Source: Promethearchaeota archaeon (GTDB lineage: Archaea; Asgardarchaeota; Lokiarchaeia; Sigyniarchaeales; SOKP01). From it: a stretch of 31,315 nucleotides of DNA. The notes beneath the pieces are model-generated. The model searched no databases. It saw only the letters and a list, made by a program, of their open reading frames with translations, and was not told where the DNA came from. Below are positions 19,185 through 27,887 of this stretch, piece by piece. The position numbers and the translations under genes are program-made. How positions within the stretch are numbered: position 1 is the first letter of the stretch; each line of letters opens with the position of its first letter. The stretch lies in the NCBI GenBank assembly GCA_048941265.1, contig JBHLNT010000034.1, positions 1 to 31,315 on the forward strand, written 5' to 3'.

Positions 19185-20564
19185 TTAGATATATTTAGAA
19201 ATACCCTTCTTTAATCTGTCAAAAGAAGGTTTAGATAAACGGAGTCCGCCTGCAAGTTTATGACCTCCCCCCATACCCCCTAAATCTTCCTTAATCCTTT
19301 GTATTATAATATTTACTCCATTACCTTCATGTTCAGCTAAGTATTTCCGTGTACATCTAATACTTAACTTTATAGTATGGTTCTTGTGTTCTTCATCTCC
19401 TAAGAACAAGATTTTATATGGATCAAGAAGTTCATTTACCATACTAAAACTTGCAGTGTCCGACCAATTAGATGCTGGTATGCTTTTACCCGCTTCAATA
19501 AAAATTGCCGAATCCGTCTCAAAACGAGGTAATGTGACTAAAGTTCTTAAATTTTTAGCTAAATTAAAAATATATTCATAATATATTCCCTTTGCATAGA
19601 AAGTTGTTGATTTCCGTTGGATAATTGAAACAGCAGCATTAATATTTTTGAAGCAGAGTATATTTAATAAAATAGCGTGCTCAAAGGCAAATTTGAGTAT
19701 CCCTTGTTTTTGGGGTAAAATAGCATAATGTCCATAACTATTGAAATTTCCCTCATCTTGGATTTTTTGAACTTCCATGGGAGTTAAATCAACAACCTTT
19801 TTATTGGGATTTATTTGCAAGGATTTTAAAAACGGTTTGAGGATATCATCTTCTTCACCCCCTAATCCTTTTATAAAAGGAAGAATTGAATATTTCAAAC
19901 CATTTTTAATAGATTCATGCATACTTCCAAATAATATTAATCCTTCTTTATCTTCGATAAGTTCCTCGCTCACTAATTCTTCATAAACCTCTCGATTAAA
20001 AGATTGGAGTCTATCTGTTGATCTTAATGTATCACCTGCAATTCCTATGATTGTCAACCATCCAAGTTTTTTAACGGGAATAGGTTTAATTTTTTTTGCA
20101 AACATATAAGCTAAAGTTGAGCCTGCTATATGATCCAATCCGTCGTATCCTGCAGTCGTAGGATTTACAAAAAATAAATTATCTGGAATATTTATATCGT
20201 TAATATTGACATCTACTTCATGATGATCTAAAATATAGAAATGTTCCTTTCTCTGGTTTATAATTGGAATTAATTCTGTAAGATTGGAACCAACGTCCGT
20301 AAATATCAAAGCAATTTTATCCGATTGAATTTTAGATAAAATTCCCTGCAGATAATTTGCCCAGGAAACCGATCGATTATAAATAAAATAATCAAATGAA
20401 AGATTCATCCTATATAGTAAATTTTGGATAATGTGTAAGGCACTTATCCCATCTGCATCATTGTGTGAAATTGCTATCACTTTATTATATTTCTTATCAA
20501 TAAAGTTATCAATTGCATTGTGAAGGGCTTCCAAAAATTTACTTCGATTAGGATTTTCAGTCAT
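19185..20564 (-). CDS. RecJ/Cdc45-like DHH family phosphoesterase
   Basis: HNDADG, FTDVG, LDHH, IGIAGD and DHHA1 motif GGGHKLAGG. Confidence 0.9.
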   Translation of the reverse strand: MTENPNRSKFLEALHNAIDNFIDKKYNKVIAISHNDADGISALHIIQNLLYRMNLSFDYFIYNRSVSWANYLQGILSKIQSDKIALIFTDVGSNLTELIPIINQRKEHFYILDHHEVDVNINDINIPDNLFFVNPTTAGYDGLDHIAGSTLAYMFAKKIKPIPVKKLGWLTIIGIAGDTLRSTDRLQSFNREVYEELVSEELIEDKEGLILFGSMHESIKNGLKYSILPFIKGLGGEEDDILKPFLKSLQINPNKKVVDLTPMEVQKIQDEGNFNSYGHYAILPQKQGILKFAFEHAILLNILCFKNINAAVSIIQRKSTTFYAKGIYYEYIFNLAKNLRTLVTLPRFETDSAIFIEAGKSIPASNWSDTASFSMVNELLDPYKILFLGDEEHKNHTIKLSIRCTRKYLAEHEGNGVNIIIQRIKEDLGGMGGGHKLAGGLRLSKPSFDRLKKGISKYI

Positions 20565-20827
20565 TCATCTCAATTAGCATTTTAAATAAAAAAAGAATAT
20601 TCTTAATATATATAATTGTTTAGGAGAAATAAATTTATATTCTTAATTTTTAAAAATTTTTTTTATTATAAATTTGTCAAAATTCCTTGAGCCAGACCTA
20701 ATAAATTTTAAATTTTTTTACTTGAAAAATAAAGGAAGAAAATAAACTAATAAAAATTAAAATCTTAAGAAACATTATTTAAGGTTACTTAATTTTGTGT
20801 TCTAACTGAGAATAATTAAGGATTTAT

Positions 20828-22594
20828 ATGAAAATACCCTTGAAAAAGAGAAGAACAACAGTAAGGAAGCTCTTATTTATTTTTATAGTATTAAATATTT
20901 TTATTCCATTATTATTGAATGGATTGAATAACACTACATCTCCTAACTTTACTAATTCTTCTTCTAATGATAATCAAGGCATTCTCAAAACGCAAATTTT
21001 TTCAAAAGATGATTATGAAGCCATCCTAGAAGAGGAAAAACAAGCTCTGGGGGATATAAACGTTACAGATTTAATCTATAATGAGTTAGGGATAAATTAT
21101 TCAAATAGCATGAAGAGTAATTATGAAGATTACAAAGATGACTTATTTTCTGGAGCTTTAAATATGAGTTATAAAGGAACACAATTTGAAAAAACAAATA
21201 AATTAGCACAAGTTGATAACATCAATGAACAAATTACAGACTATAAAAAAATTACAGTCTTATTAAACGAATCAATAAGTGTTGCATATAATTCTTCAAT
21301 ACAAAGCCTTGAAGGATATCTATTGTATGCACCACGATTAAATCCGTTTCTAGATGCTCAAATTTGGGTTGAAAATAATACAGGACTTCCTCTTCAGCAA
21401 GTTAATAAAGGAAATTATTCGATTATTAAAATCGTTAACATTGTTGACATTAACTTTCTAAAATTCAATTATAAAGATTATTTCGGATATAATAGTCTCA
21501 ATTTTACCATGCATATTCTTTGGGAGTATAATTTCACAATTGAAAATTGGAAATTAACACAGGAAAGTGGACAGGAATTACTTTTAAATGAAGATGAAAA
21601 TAACATCATCAAACCTAATTTTGATTATCAGTTTAAAATCATAGGGAATAAATTTAATAAATATGGTAATGCAACTATTTTAGCTGATAATTTAGAAGTC
21701 AATCTAACAATTAATCTCCCAGATAAAGGATTATTAAAAAATATTAAATTTAGAATTAACTCTGATGCTCAAAAAGATTTTTTAACTCCAGACAATTCTA
21801 TATTTGTTAGGGGACAATTAATAAAAGCAAATGGAAGCCTAATTGAGATCGAATTTTATGCCAGTTACAGAATATTATTTGAAGATCCTGTAAAAGAGAC
21901 ATGGGCTATAGATAGACTTGTAGAAGATACAAATATAAGGGAAAGGATCTATTTTCCATACATTTCCTCTGGTCCATCACATATTTATATTAAAGATGCT
22001 AAAGTTACAGAAAAAACAGTCTCATTTGCACAAGTCATTAGTGCGAGTTCTCTATTTGGAAGATCTGTATTTTATGAAGAAGTTAATGCTACAGAATTTA
22101 AAGAAGATGTAAAATATAGTTTGATATTCAATGAGAATACTACTAAAAAGGCGGGAATCAAAATCACCCTTCCTTATTTGGTCAAGGGTGAGATTTGCCC
22201 TTTTACAATAAAATATGAAACAAATTTGGATTTAAGAATAAAAGTGACAGATAACATCCGGATGCCTGTGGCAGGATTAGATGTTAAAATTTATTATTAC
22301 GGAGAATTATATGGAACTTATATATCAAATGAAAAGAACCAGCCTATTGGAAAAACAATTACGGATGAAAATGGTGAAATTTTTATCAAAAATGTTCCTA
22401 ACGGGAATTATACAATTAAGATATATCAAGGTGAAAATTTAATAAAGGAGGCCGAGGTGAGCGCTTATGTCGAAATTAATTATGTTACTACTCCAATTTT
22501 TCATATTCCTTTTGTAGTTATGATTTTTAGTTCGATTTCTGGATTATTTTTTGGTATAGGATATTATATCTTTCGTAAACAAAAATTAAATTAA
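20828..22594 (+). CDS. Membrane-anchored extracellular protein with a C-terminal transthyretin/carboxypeptidase-regulatory-like beta domain
   Basis: N-terminal basic plus hydrophobic signal, many N-x-S/T sequons, KVTD..MPVAGLDVKI...TDENGEIFIKNVPNGNYTIKI, and a C-terminal TM followed by RKQK. Confidence 0.8.
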   Translation: MKIPLKKRRTTVRKLLFIFIVLNIFIPLLLNGLNNTTSPNFTNSSSNDNQGILKTQIFSKDDYEAILEEEKQALGDINVTDLIYNELGINYSNSMKSNYEDYKDDLFSGALNMSYKGTQFEKTNKLAQVDNINEQITDYKKITVLLNESISVAYNSSIQSLEGYLLYAPRLNPFLDAQIWVENNTGLPLQQVNKGNYSIIKIVNIVDINFLKFNYKDYFGYNSLNFTMHILWEYNFTIENWKLTQESGQELLLNEDENNIIKPNFDYQFKIIGNKFNKYGNATILADNLEVNLTINLPDKGLLKNIKFRINSDAQKDFLTPDNSIFVRGQLIKANGSLIEIEFYASYRILFEDPVKETWAIDRLVEDTNIRERIYFPYISSGPSHIYIKDAKVTEKTVSFAQVISASSLFGRSVFYEEVNATEFKEDVKYSLIFNENTTKKAGIKITLPYLVKGEICPFTIKYETNLDLRIKVTDNIRMPVAGLDVKIYYYGELYGTYISNEKNQPIGKTITDENGEIFIKNVPNGNYTIKIYQGENLIKEAEVSAYVEINYVTTPIFHIPFVVMIFSSISGLFFGIGYYIFRKQKLN

Positions 22595-22603
22595 TAAATA
22601 GAA

Positions 22604-22939
22604 TTGATAGTTATATTCGTCGATAATATTGAAGATTTCATCTCATTCTTAAACAAACGAGTTATGAATGAGGTATTTTATGAAATAAAAAGTAACAAAT
22701 CCAATAATGATCTTTCCAGTGAAGTTAAGATTGAGTTAATTCTACACTTCCTGTCGAAAGTAGAAGAATTTATGGTACTATTCGAAACAAAGGTCGATAT
22801 TTCTAGATCAAAGTATCCAAATTCAAATGAGGGTCAAGAGTTAATTGTTGATTTACAAAAAATTTTCAACCAAGTAGACTCATCAATAAATTTAGTAAAA
22901 GGAAAAATAAGGGAGATTTACCTATCATTCTCAACTTAA
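22604..22939 (+). CDS. Hypothetical protein
   Basis: 111-aa ORF with a TTG start 9 bp after the previous stop. No recognised motif. Confidence 0.65.
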   Translation: MIVIFVDNIEDFISFLNKRVMNEVFYEIKSNKSNNDLSSEVKIELILHFLSKVEEFMVLFETKVDISRSKYPNSNEGQELIVDLQKIFNQVDSSINLVKGKIREIYLSFST

Positions 22940-23012
22940 ATTATAAAAGTGGCTTCGCTCTATTTTATACTATAAATATATTAATTAAATTATAATTAAT
23001 ACAAAAGTCACA

Positions 23013-24566
23013 TTAATTATGATTAGTGTTTATACCATAGCCAATTAATCTGTATCTTCTATTAATGATTCTGGATATAGCAAAAATAAAGTCTTCTGCA
23101 GGGCAGATTGGGGGATTTAATTTAATAACAACACTATCTTTTAATAATTTAGTAACAATTCCTCCAGTTTTTTCAGTTCCTACGACAAGTAATAATTTTT
23201 CATTATGTTTAAGAGCATGGACTTTAATCATATTTTCAGAACCTATCACCCTATCGAGTAGATAAACTTTTAATTCTATTTCGGAAAGGATTTCTGGCAA
23301 ATTTCCTGGTTTTCCAACTAAATGCCCAATTAGCGAATCTCCCTTGGTAAGAGCAGGGTCTAATTTTGTCCCAAGTCCGATAAGTCCACCAGGTTTAGCA
23401 TCTTCTAGAAGATTATTACCTTGACTAATACTTACAACAGTCGTTTTTATAGGAATATATTCATCCTTTATATGGAGTCCCGGTCGAATTTCAATTTGAT
23501 CACCAACTTTAATTTTTCCTTTTAAAACGGAGCCACCAATTACACCACCTTTAAGATCTTCTATCTCTTTTCCTGGTCTGTTAATATCAAAAGAACGTGC
23601 GATTAAAAATTGGAATTCTTCTTCTTCACTCAATTCTGGAGATGGTATTATCTTTTCAAAAGCCTCAACCACAGCATCTATATTTGAACCAAACACAGCG
23701 GATGTGGGGATAATAGGGGCATTTTCAGCTACGGTTCCTTTTATAAATTTTTTAATTTGATTATAATTCTCTAAAACTTGTTCTTTTGAAACAGCATCAA
23801 TTTTATTTTGTATGATAATAATGTTATTTATTCCAGCAATATTTAACGCTGCTAAATGCTCTCTAGTTTGAGGTTGTGGACAATCTTCATCAGCAGCAAT
23901 CAATAGACAAGCCCCATCCATAAGTGAAGCACCACTTAACATGGTTGCCATTAATATTTCATGCCCAGGAGCATCAACAAAAGAGATGTTTCGTCTAAAT
24001 TCCAATTGTCCCTTACAATTAGGACAAGAAAATCTTGTTTCTCCCTTTTTTCTTTCTTTTTCGGCCATGTATGCAGTTAAATAATAATCACATACCGAAC
24101 AATAAAAGATAGTAGCATTTGAATAACCTAATTTTATAGAGATACCCCGTTCTTGTTCTTCAGAGTGCCTGTCTGTCCAATCTCCAGTCAATGATTGAAC
24201 TAGCGTGGTTTTACCATGATCTACATGTCCTACTAAACCAATATTGCATTCCGCTTGTTTTTTTATAAGATCCTTAGTGCTTTTTTCTTTTTCCTTAGCT
24301 TTTTGCATGGGAGGGGCTTTAGCTTTTGGAGAGATTTCTGTTTCGGGAGGATTTATTTCCTCTTGATCTCCACTATCTTTGATTATTTCTTTCGCATTTT
24401 CTATATATTTAATGGCTGTGGCTTTGCCTACCCCCTTAATCTTTAATTTAACTAAATCTTCTGGTGTTACTGAAGCTAGTTTTTGAATTGAATCAATACC
24501 AGCTGCTTTCATTTTTTCAGCTGTAGTTTTGCCAATTCCGCTTACTTCTTCTAATTTATAATCCAT
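23013..24566 (-). CDS. eif2g: Translation initiation factor aIF2 gamma subunit with N-terminal helix-hairpin-helix extension
   Basis: GHVDHGKT, RGISIKLGY, Zn knuckle CSVC/CPNC, DAPGHE, NKID, RSFDINRPG and RLIGYG. The first ~62 aa are a tandem HhH (GIGKTTA, GVGKATA). Confidence 0.96.
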   Translation of the reverse strand: MDYKLEEVSGIGKTTAEKMKAAGIDSIQKLASVTPEDLVKLKIKGVGKATAIKYIENAKEIIKDSGDQEEINPPETEISPKAKAPPMQKAKEKEKSTKDLIKKQAECNIGLVGHVDHGKTTLVQSLTGDWTDRHSEEQERGISIKLGYSNATIFYCSVCDYYLTAYMAEKERKKGETRFSCPNCKGQLEFRRNISFVDAPGHEILMATMLSGASLMDGACLLIAADEDCPQPQTREHLAALNIAGINNIIIIQNKIDAVSKEQVLENYNQIKKFIKGTVAENAPIIPTSAVFGSNIDAVVEAFEKIIPSPELSEEEEFQFLIARSFDINRPGKEIEDLKGGVIGGSVLKGKIKVGDQIEIRPGLHIKDEYIPIKTTVVSISQGNNLLEDAKPGGLIGLGTKLDPALTKGDSLIGHLVGKPGNLPEILSEIELKVYLLDRVIGSENMIKVHALKHNEKLLLVVGTEKTGGIVTKLLKDSVVIKLNPPICPAEDFIFAISRIINRRYRLIGYGINTNHN

Positions 24567-24724
24567 ATCCGAAAATCTGAGATAGAAATTTTACATTATG
24601 ATTAGTTTTCTATGTTCCCTAATATTATTTAGGAACATTTTAAAATTTAATTTAATCAATAATTATAAGATTTAAATTAATTAATAATTATAAGATTTTC
24701 TCAATTAGTAATGTAGAAAAACCA

Positions 24725-24961
24725 CTATAATGTTTCGAGGATTTTAATCTCACTTCCAGTAATCGATTTTTTCTTTCCAAGTTCTTTATATGATACTCTT
24801 AACAAACTATCTACATAAAATGTAGATATTTTATTGCAGGATTCATCCTTATGCAAAATATAAACAGGAGCAGGATACAGAGATTGATCAATATCTATCA
24901 TCTCTATATTGAATACAATTCTTTTATTACAGTATGGACATTGGTTATAGCGCTTAGTCAT
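24725..24961 (-). CDS. Small putative Zn-binding hypothetical protein
   Basis: CPYC...H....C in a 78-aa ORF, co-oriented with eif2g. Confidence 0.65.
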   Translation of the reverse strand: MTKRYNQCPYCNKRIVFNIEMIDIDQSLYPAPVYILHKDESCNKISTFYVDSLLRVSYKELGKKKSITGSEIKILETL

Positions 24962-25068
24962 TAAAAAAAAAATTGGTTTTTTTACTTAATAACAAATAAA
25001 TTATTATTTTTATATTCTTATTTCTATAAATAATAAAGGTAAATTTACTTTTTCAATATTGATACTAA

Positions 25069-27225
25069 ATGTTCAAACTTTCTTCTAAAAAGTCCTGTTA
25101 TTTACTTTTTGTGTTATTTATTATACTTCCGTCCGTAATTCTCAATTGTTCCCTTTTTGAGGGAACTATTTCAAATTCTTATATCCATATAAATGTTTTA
25201 GCAGATAATCCCCCTGATGTAAATATGAGGAAGTTGCCAGATATTCCTTATGATGAATTAAATGAAATGTGGTACGATCCAAAAATTGAGATGCTTATTA
25301 TAACTCCCGATGGAAATCAAGCATTTGTAAATGCATGTAAACCATTGATGGAGTGGAATAATGAAAGAGGAGTAAAAACAATTATTTTGAGCAATTTTAC
25401 TCAATATCCGGGAAGAGATAACCCAGAACGAATTAGGAATATGATAAAATCTTATTATAAAAATGAAAATATTAGATGGGTGCTTTTAGCAGGAGATGCT
25501 CAGAGCGATCTTATTCCTATCAGATATGTATATAACCCAGATGTTCAAAGATGGGGACAGGGTCAAACTGAGGATGTAGGAAGTCAGACGCTTAAACCGA
25601 CGGACTTTTATTATGCTGATCTTACTGGAAATTGGAATGAAGATGGAGATAGTTATTGGGGAGAAGCTCCTAAAGACAATGCTAATGAAGTTGACGAAAT
25701 AGATTGGATACCAGAGGTATACGTAGGTCGCTTACCAGCCAGTACGGCTGAAGAACTTGAAATTATGGTTAATAAAACGTTAAATTATGAGAGAAATCCT
25801 GAACTAGGAGATTGGATGAATCATATGTTATTAGCTGGAGGGGTTTCTGATACAAAAGAAGAAGAGCCTCCAGATGGGGAAGATGAATCACGTTTAACTA
25901 ATTATATCATCCAAAATTATGTGAAATCAGAAATGAATTATACTCATTTATGCAGATCGGAAACATTTATTCCTCCTGAACCTGTTTATGATCTTAATTC
26001 TACAAGTTTTATAAACAGATTTAATGAAGGGTATTCTACAGTAATTTTTGCAGGGCATGGCGCTCTCAACATTTTTGCTGACGTGTACGATACTTATTAC
26101 TCATCTGGGAATGCGAATAGCTGCACAAATTTTAATAAAACATCACTAGTATATTCTAGCGCCTGTACAACCTCGGCATATGACGTTACAGACAATAGTA
26201 TAGGAGAAATTTTGATTAAAAAAAATAACTCAGGAGCTATTGGATATATAGGGGCATTGAGAATTTCATGGTATTTTACTGATGATAAAAATCTCGAAGA
26301 GTTGAATCGGGGAAATGCTAAACTATTTTGGAAAGAATTTTTCCAAAATAAAAAATTTCAGCAGGGTATGGCGTTATACGACTCTAAAGTGGCATATATT
26401 GAAAGTGATTATTTCACAGAAGGATCTGGTTCTTTAGATAATGATTTTGAACGTAAACAATTACTAACTTATTGTTTATTAGGTGATCCCGAAGTTGACA
26501 TTTATACTAATAAACCCGTAAATGCATCCAATCCATTTATTCAAGATATTTATGAGGGTCAACTTATAACTACAACAATAAAAGATATTAAAGGTAAGAC
26601 AGTTCCATATGCAAGGGTTCATTTAAAAACTTCTGATGGAAAATATCGCACTATTTATGGTGATATCCATGGCACTGTAAGTTTTCGGCTTCCAGCTCAA
26701 GCGAATGAAAGATATAATGTAACCATCACAGGACACAATCTAATCCCCTCTTATTTCAATTTCACCACTTTATCAGACAATAACAAACCGGATTTTATTG
26801 ATGAAAAGTGTACTCCTGAAAATCCTACTGTTTCAGATAATATCTGTTTCGATATTGAAGTCCGCGACTCTCAGTCCGGAATTGAAAACGTTTATTTGTT
26901 GAAATCTAAAGATAAAGATTTCGAACAATATACCTATTATAAGATGGTTCACCGTTTCGAAGATGATAAAGATGATTTTAAATATACTATAAATAAATTA
27001 GATCCGGGAAAATATTACTTTTTAGTTGTTGCGAGAGATTGGGCTAATAATAAAAAAATATTGGAGGATAAAAGCTTTGAAATTTTAATACCCGTCCCAA
27101 TTATGTATTATGTGCTTATAATCTCGCTAATTATGATAATCGCTTTAGTAGGTATATCCGTTATTATTGCTTATAACGGAAAAAAAAGATATTTACATAT
27201 GCTCAACAGGCTAGAATTAACTTAA
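25069..27225 (+). CDS. Gingipain-like peptidase C25, membrane anchored
   Basis: WVLLAGD, TDFYYADL, EVYVGRLP, catalytic His FAGHG, Cys SACTT, GAIGYIG and LLGDP. Also an N-terminal signal, an Ig/Fn3-like C-terminal domain and a C-terminal TM. Confidence 0.92.
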   Translation: MFKLSSKKSCYLLFVLFIILPSVILNCSLFEGTISNSYIHINVLADNPPDVNMRKLPDIPYDELNEMWYDPKIEMLIITPDGNQAFVNACKPLMEWNNERGVKTIILSNFTQYPGRDNPERIRNMIKSYYKNENIRWVLLAGDAQSDLIPIRYVYNPDVQRWGQGQTEDVGSQTLKPTDFYYADLTGNWNEDGDSYWGEAPKDNANEVDEIDWIPEVYVGRLPASTAEELEIMVNKTLNYERNPELGDWMNHMLLAGGVSDTKEEEPPDGEDESRLTNYIIQNYVKSEMNYTHLCRSETFIPPEPVYDLNSTSFINRFNEGYSTVIFAGHGALNIFADVYDTYYSSGNANSCTNFNKTSLVYSSACTTSAYDVTDNSIGEILIKKNNSGAIGYIGALRISWYFTDDKNLEELNRGNAKLFWKEFFQNKKFQQGMALYDSKVAYIESDYFTEGSGSLDNDFERKQLLTYCLLGDPEVDIYTNKPVNASNPFIQDIYEGQLITTTIKDIKGKTVPYARVHLKTSDGKYRTIYGDIHGTVSFRLPAQANERYNVTITGHNLIPSYFNFTTLSDNNKPDFIDEKCTPENPTVSDNICFDIEVRDSQSGIENVYLLKSKDKDFEQYTYYKMVHRFEDDKDDFKYTINKLDPGKYYFLVVARDWANNKKILEDKSFEILIPVPIMYYVLIISLIMIIALVGISVIIAYNGKKRYLHMLNRLELT

Positions 27226-27233
27226 TATTAATA

Positions 27234-27794
27234 TTAGACTTTATTTTCTAATTTTGATTCTTGCTTTTTTAAATAAATAAGATATTGAATAGATCTGTAT
27301 GTAGAAAGACCTCCTTGGCAAATTAATGCTAAACATATAAAAAGTACAGCAATTAAATCATTAAATATAAATAAAAAGATAAGAATGAGAATCCCGGAGA
27401 GAGTAAACGTAAAAATAGATGAAATTTCCCCTAAAATAATTTTCCAAGTCTTTGATTGTTTTATATGGATTTTCAATTCTTCTTGATATTTATCCTCGCC
27501 TACTTGTTTTACATACCAACTACCCTCTATATTGTTAGCAAATAAAAAGAGACTCCAAAAAAAAATAAAAAAAGCAAAATAAAGGTCTATACAACCAAGA
27601 ATTATCAGTGGAATTTGTATAAGGACAATTCCCCTCCAACCAAGCTTCCTGGCAAATTTATTAGTTTCCAATTTTAATTCTTTAGTAACATACCTCGTTG
27701 AGAGAATATCAAGAGTTCTGCCAAGTAAAACGATAAGAGCATTCATAAGATATTGGTACCATTCAGTGGAGCGATATATTAGTTGGAATATCAT
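27234..27794 (-). CDS. Hypothetical multi-pass membrane protein
   Basis: About 5 hydrophobic segments and a DILST...ETN motif. Confidence 0.75.
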   Translation of the reverse strand: MIFQLIYRSTEWYQYLMNALIVLLGRTLDILSTRYVTKELKLETNKFARKLGWRGIVLIQIPLIILGCIDLYFAFFIFFWSLFLFANNIEGSWYVKQVGEDKYQEELKIHIKQSKTWKIILGEISSIFTFTLSGILILIFLFIFNDLIAVLFICLALICQGGLSTYRSIQYLIYLKKQESKLENKV

Positions 27795-27887
27795 TTTAAA
27801 TCATATTTTAATAGTAATTTATAAGTTTAATGTTTTTTTTAAAAAAATTTAATTACTATTCTTCACTAATTCTATTTATTCTTAATA

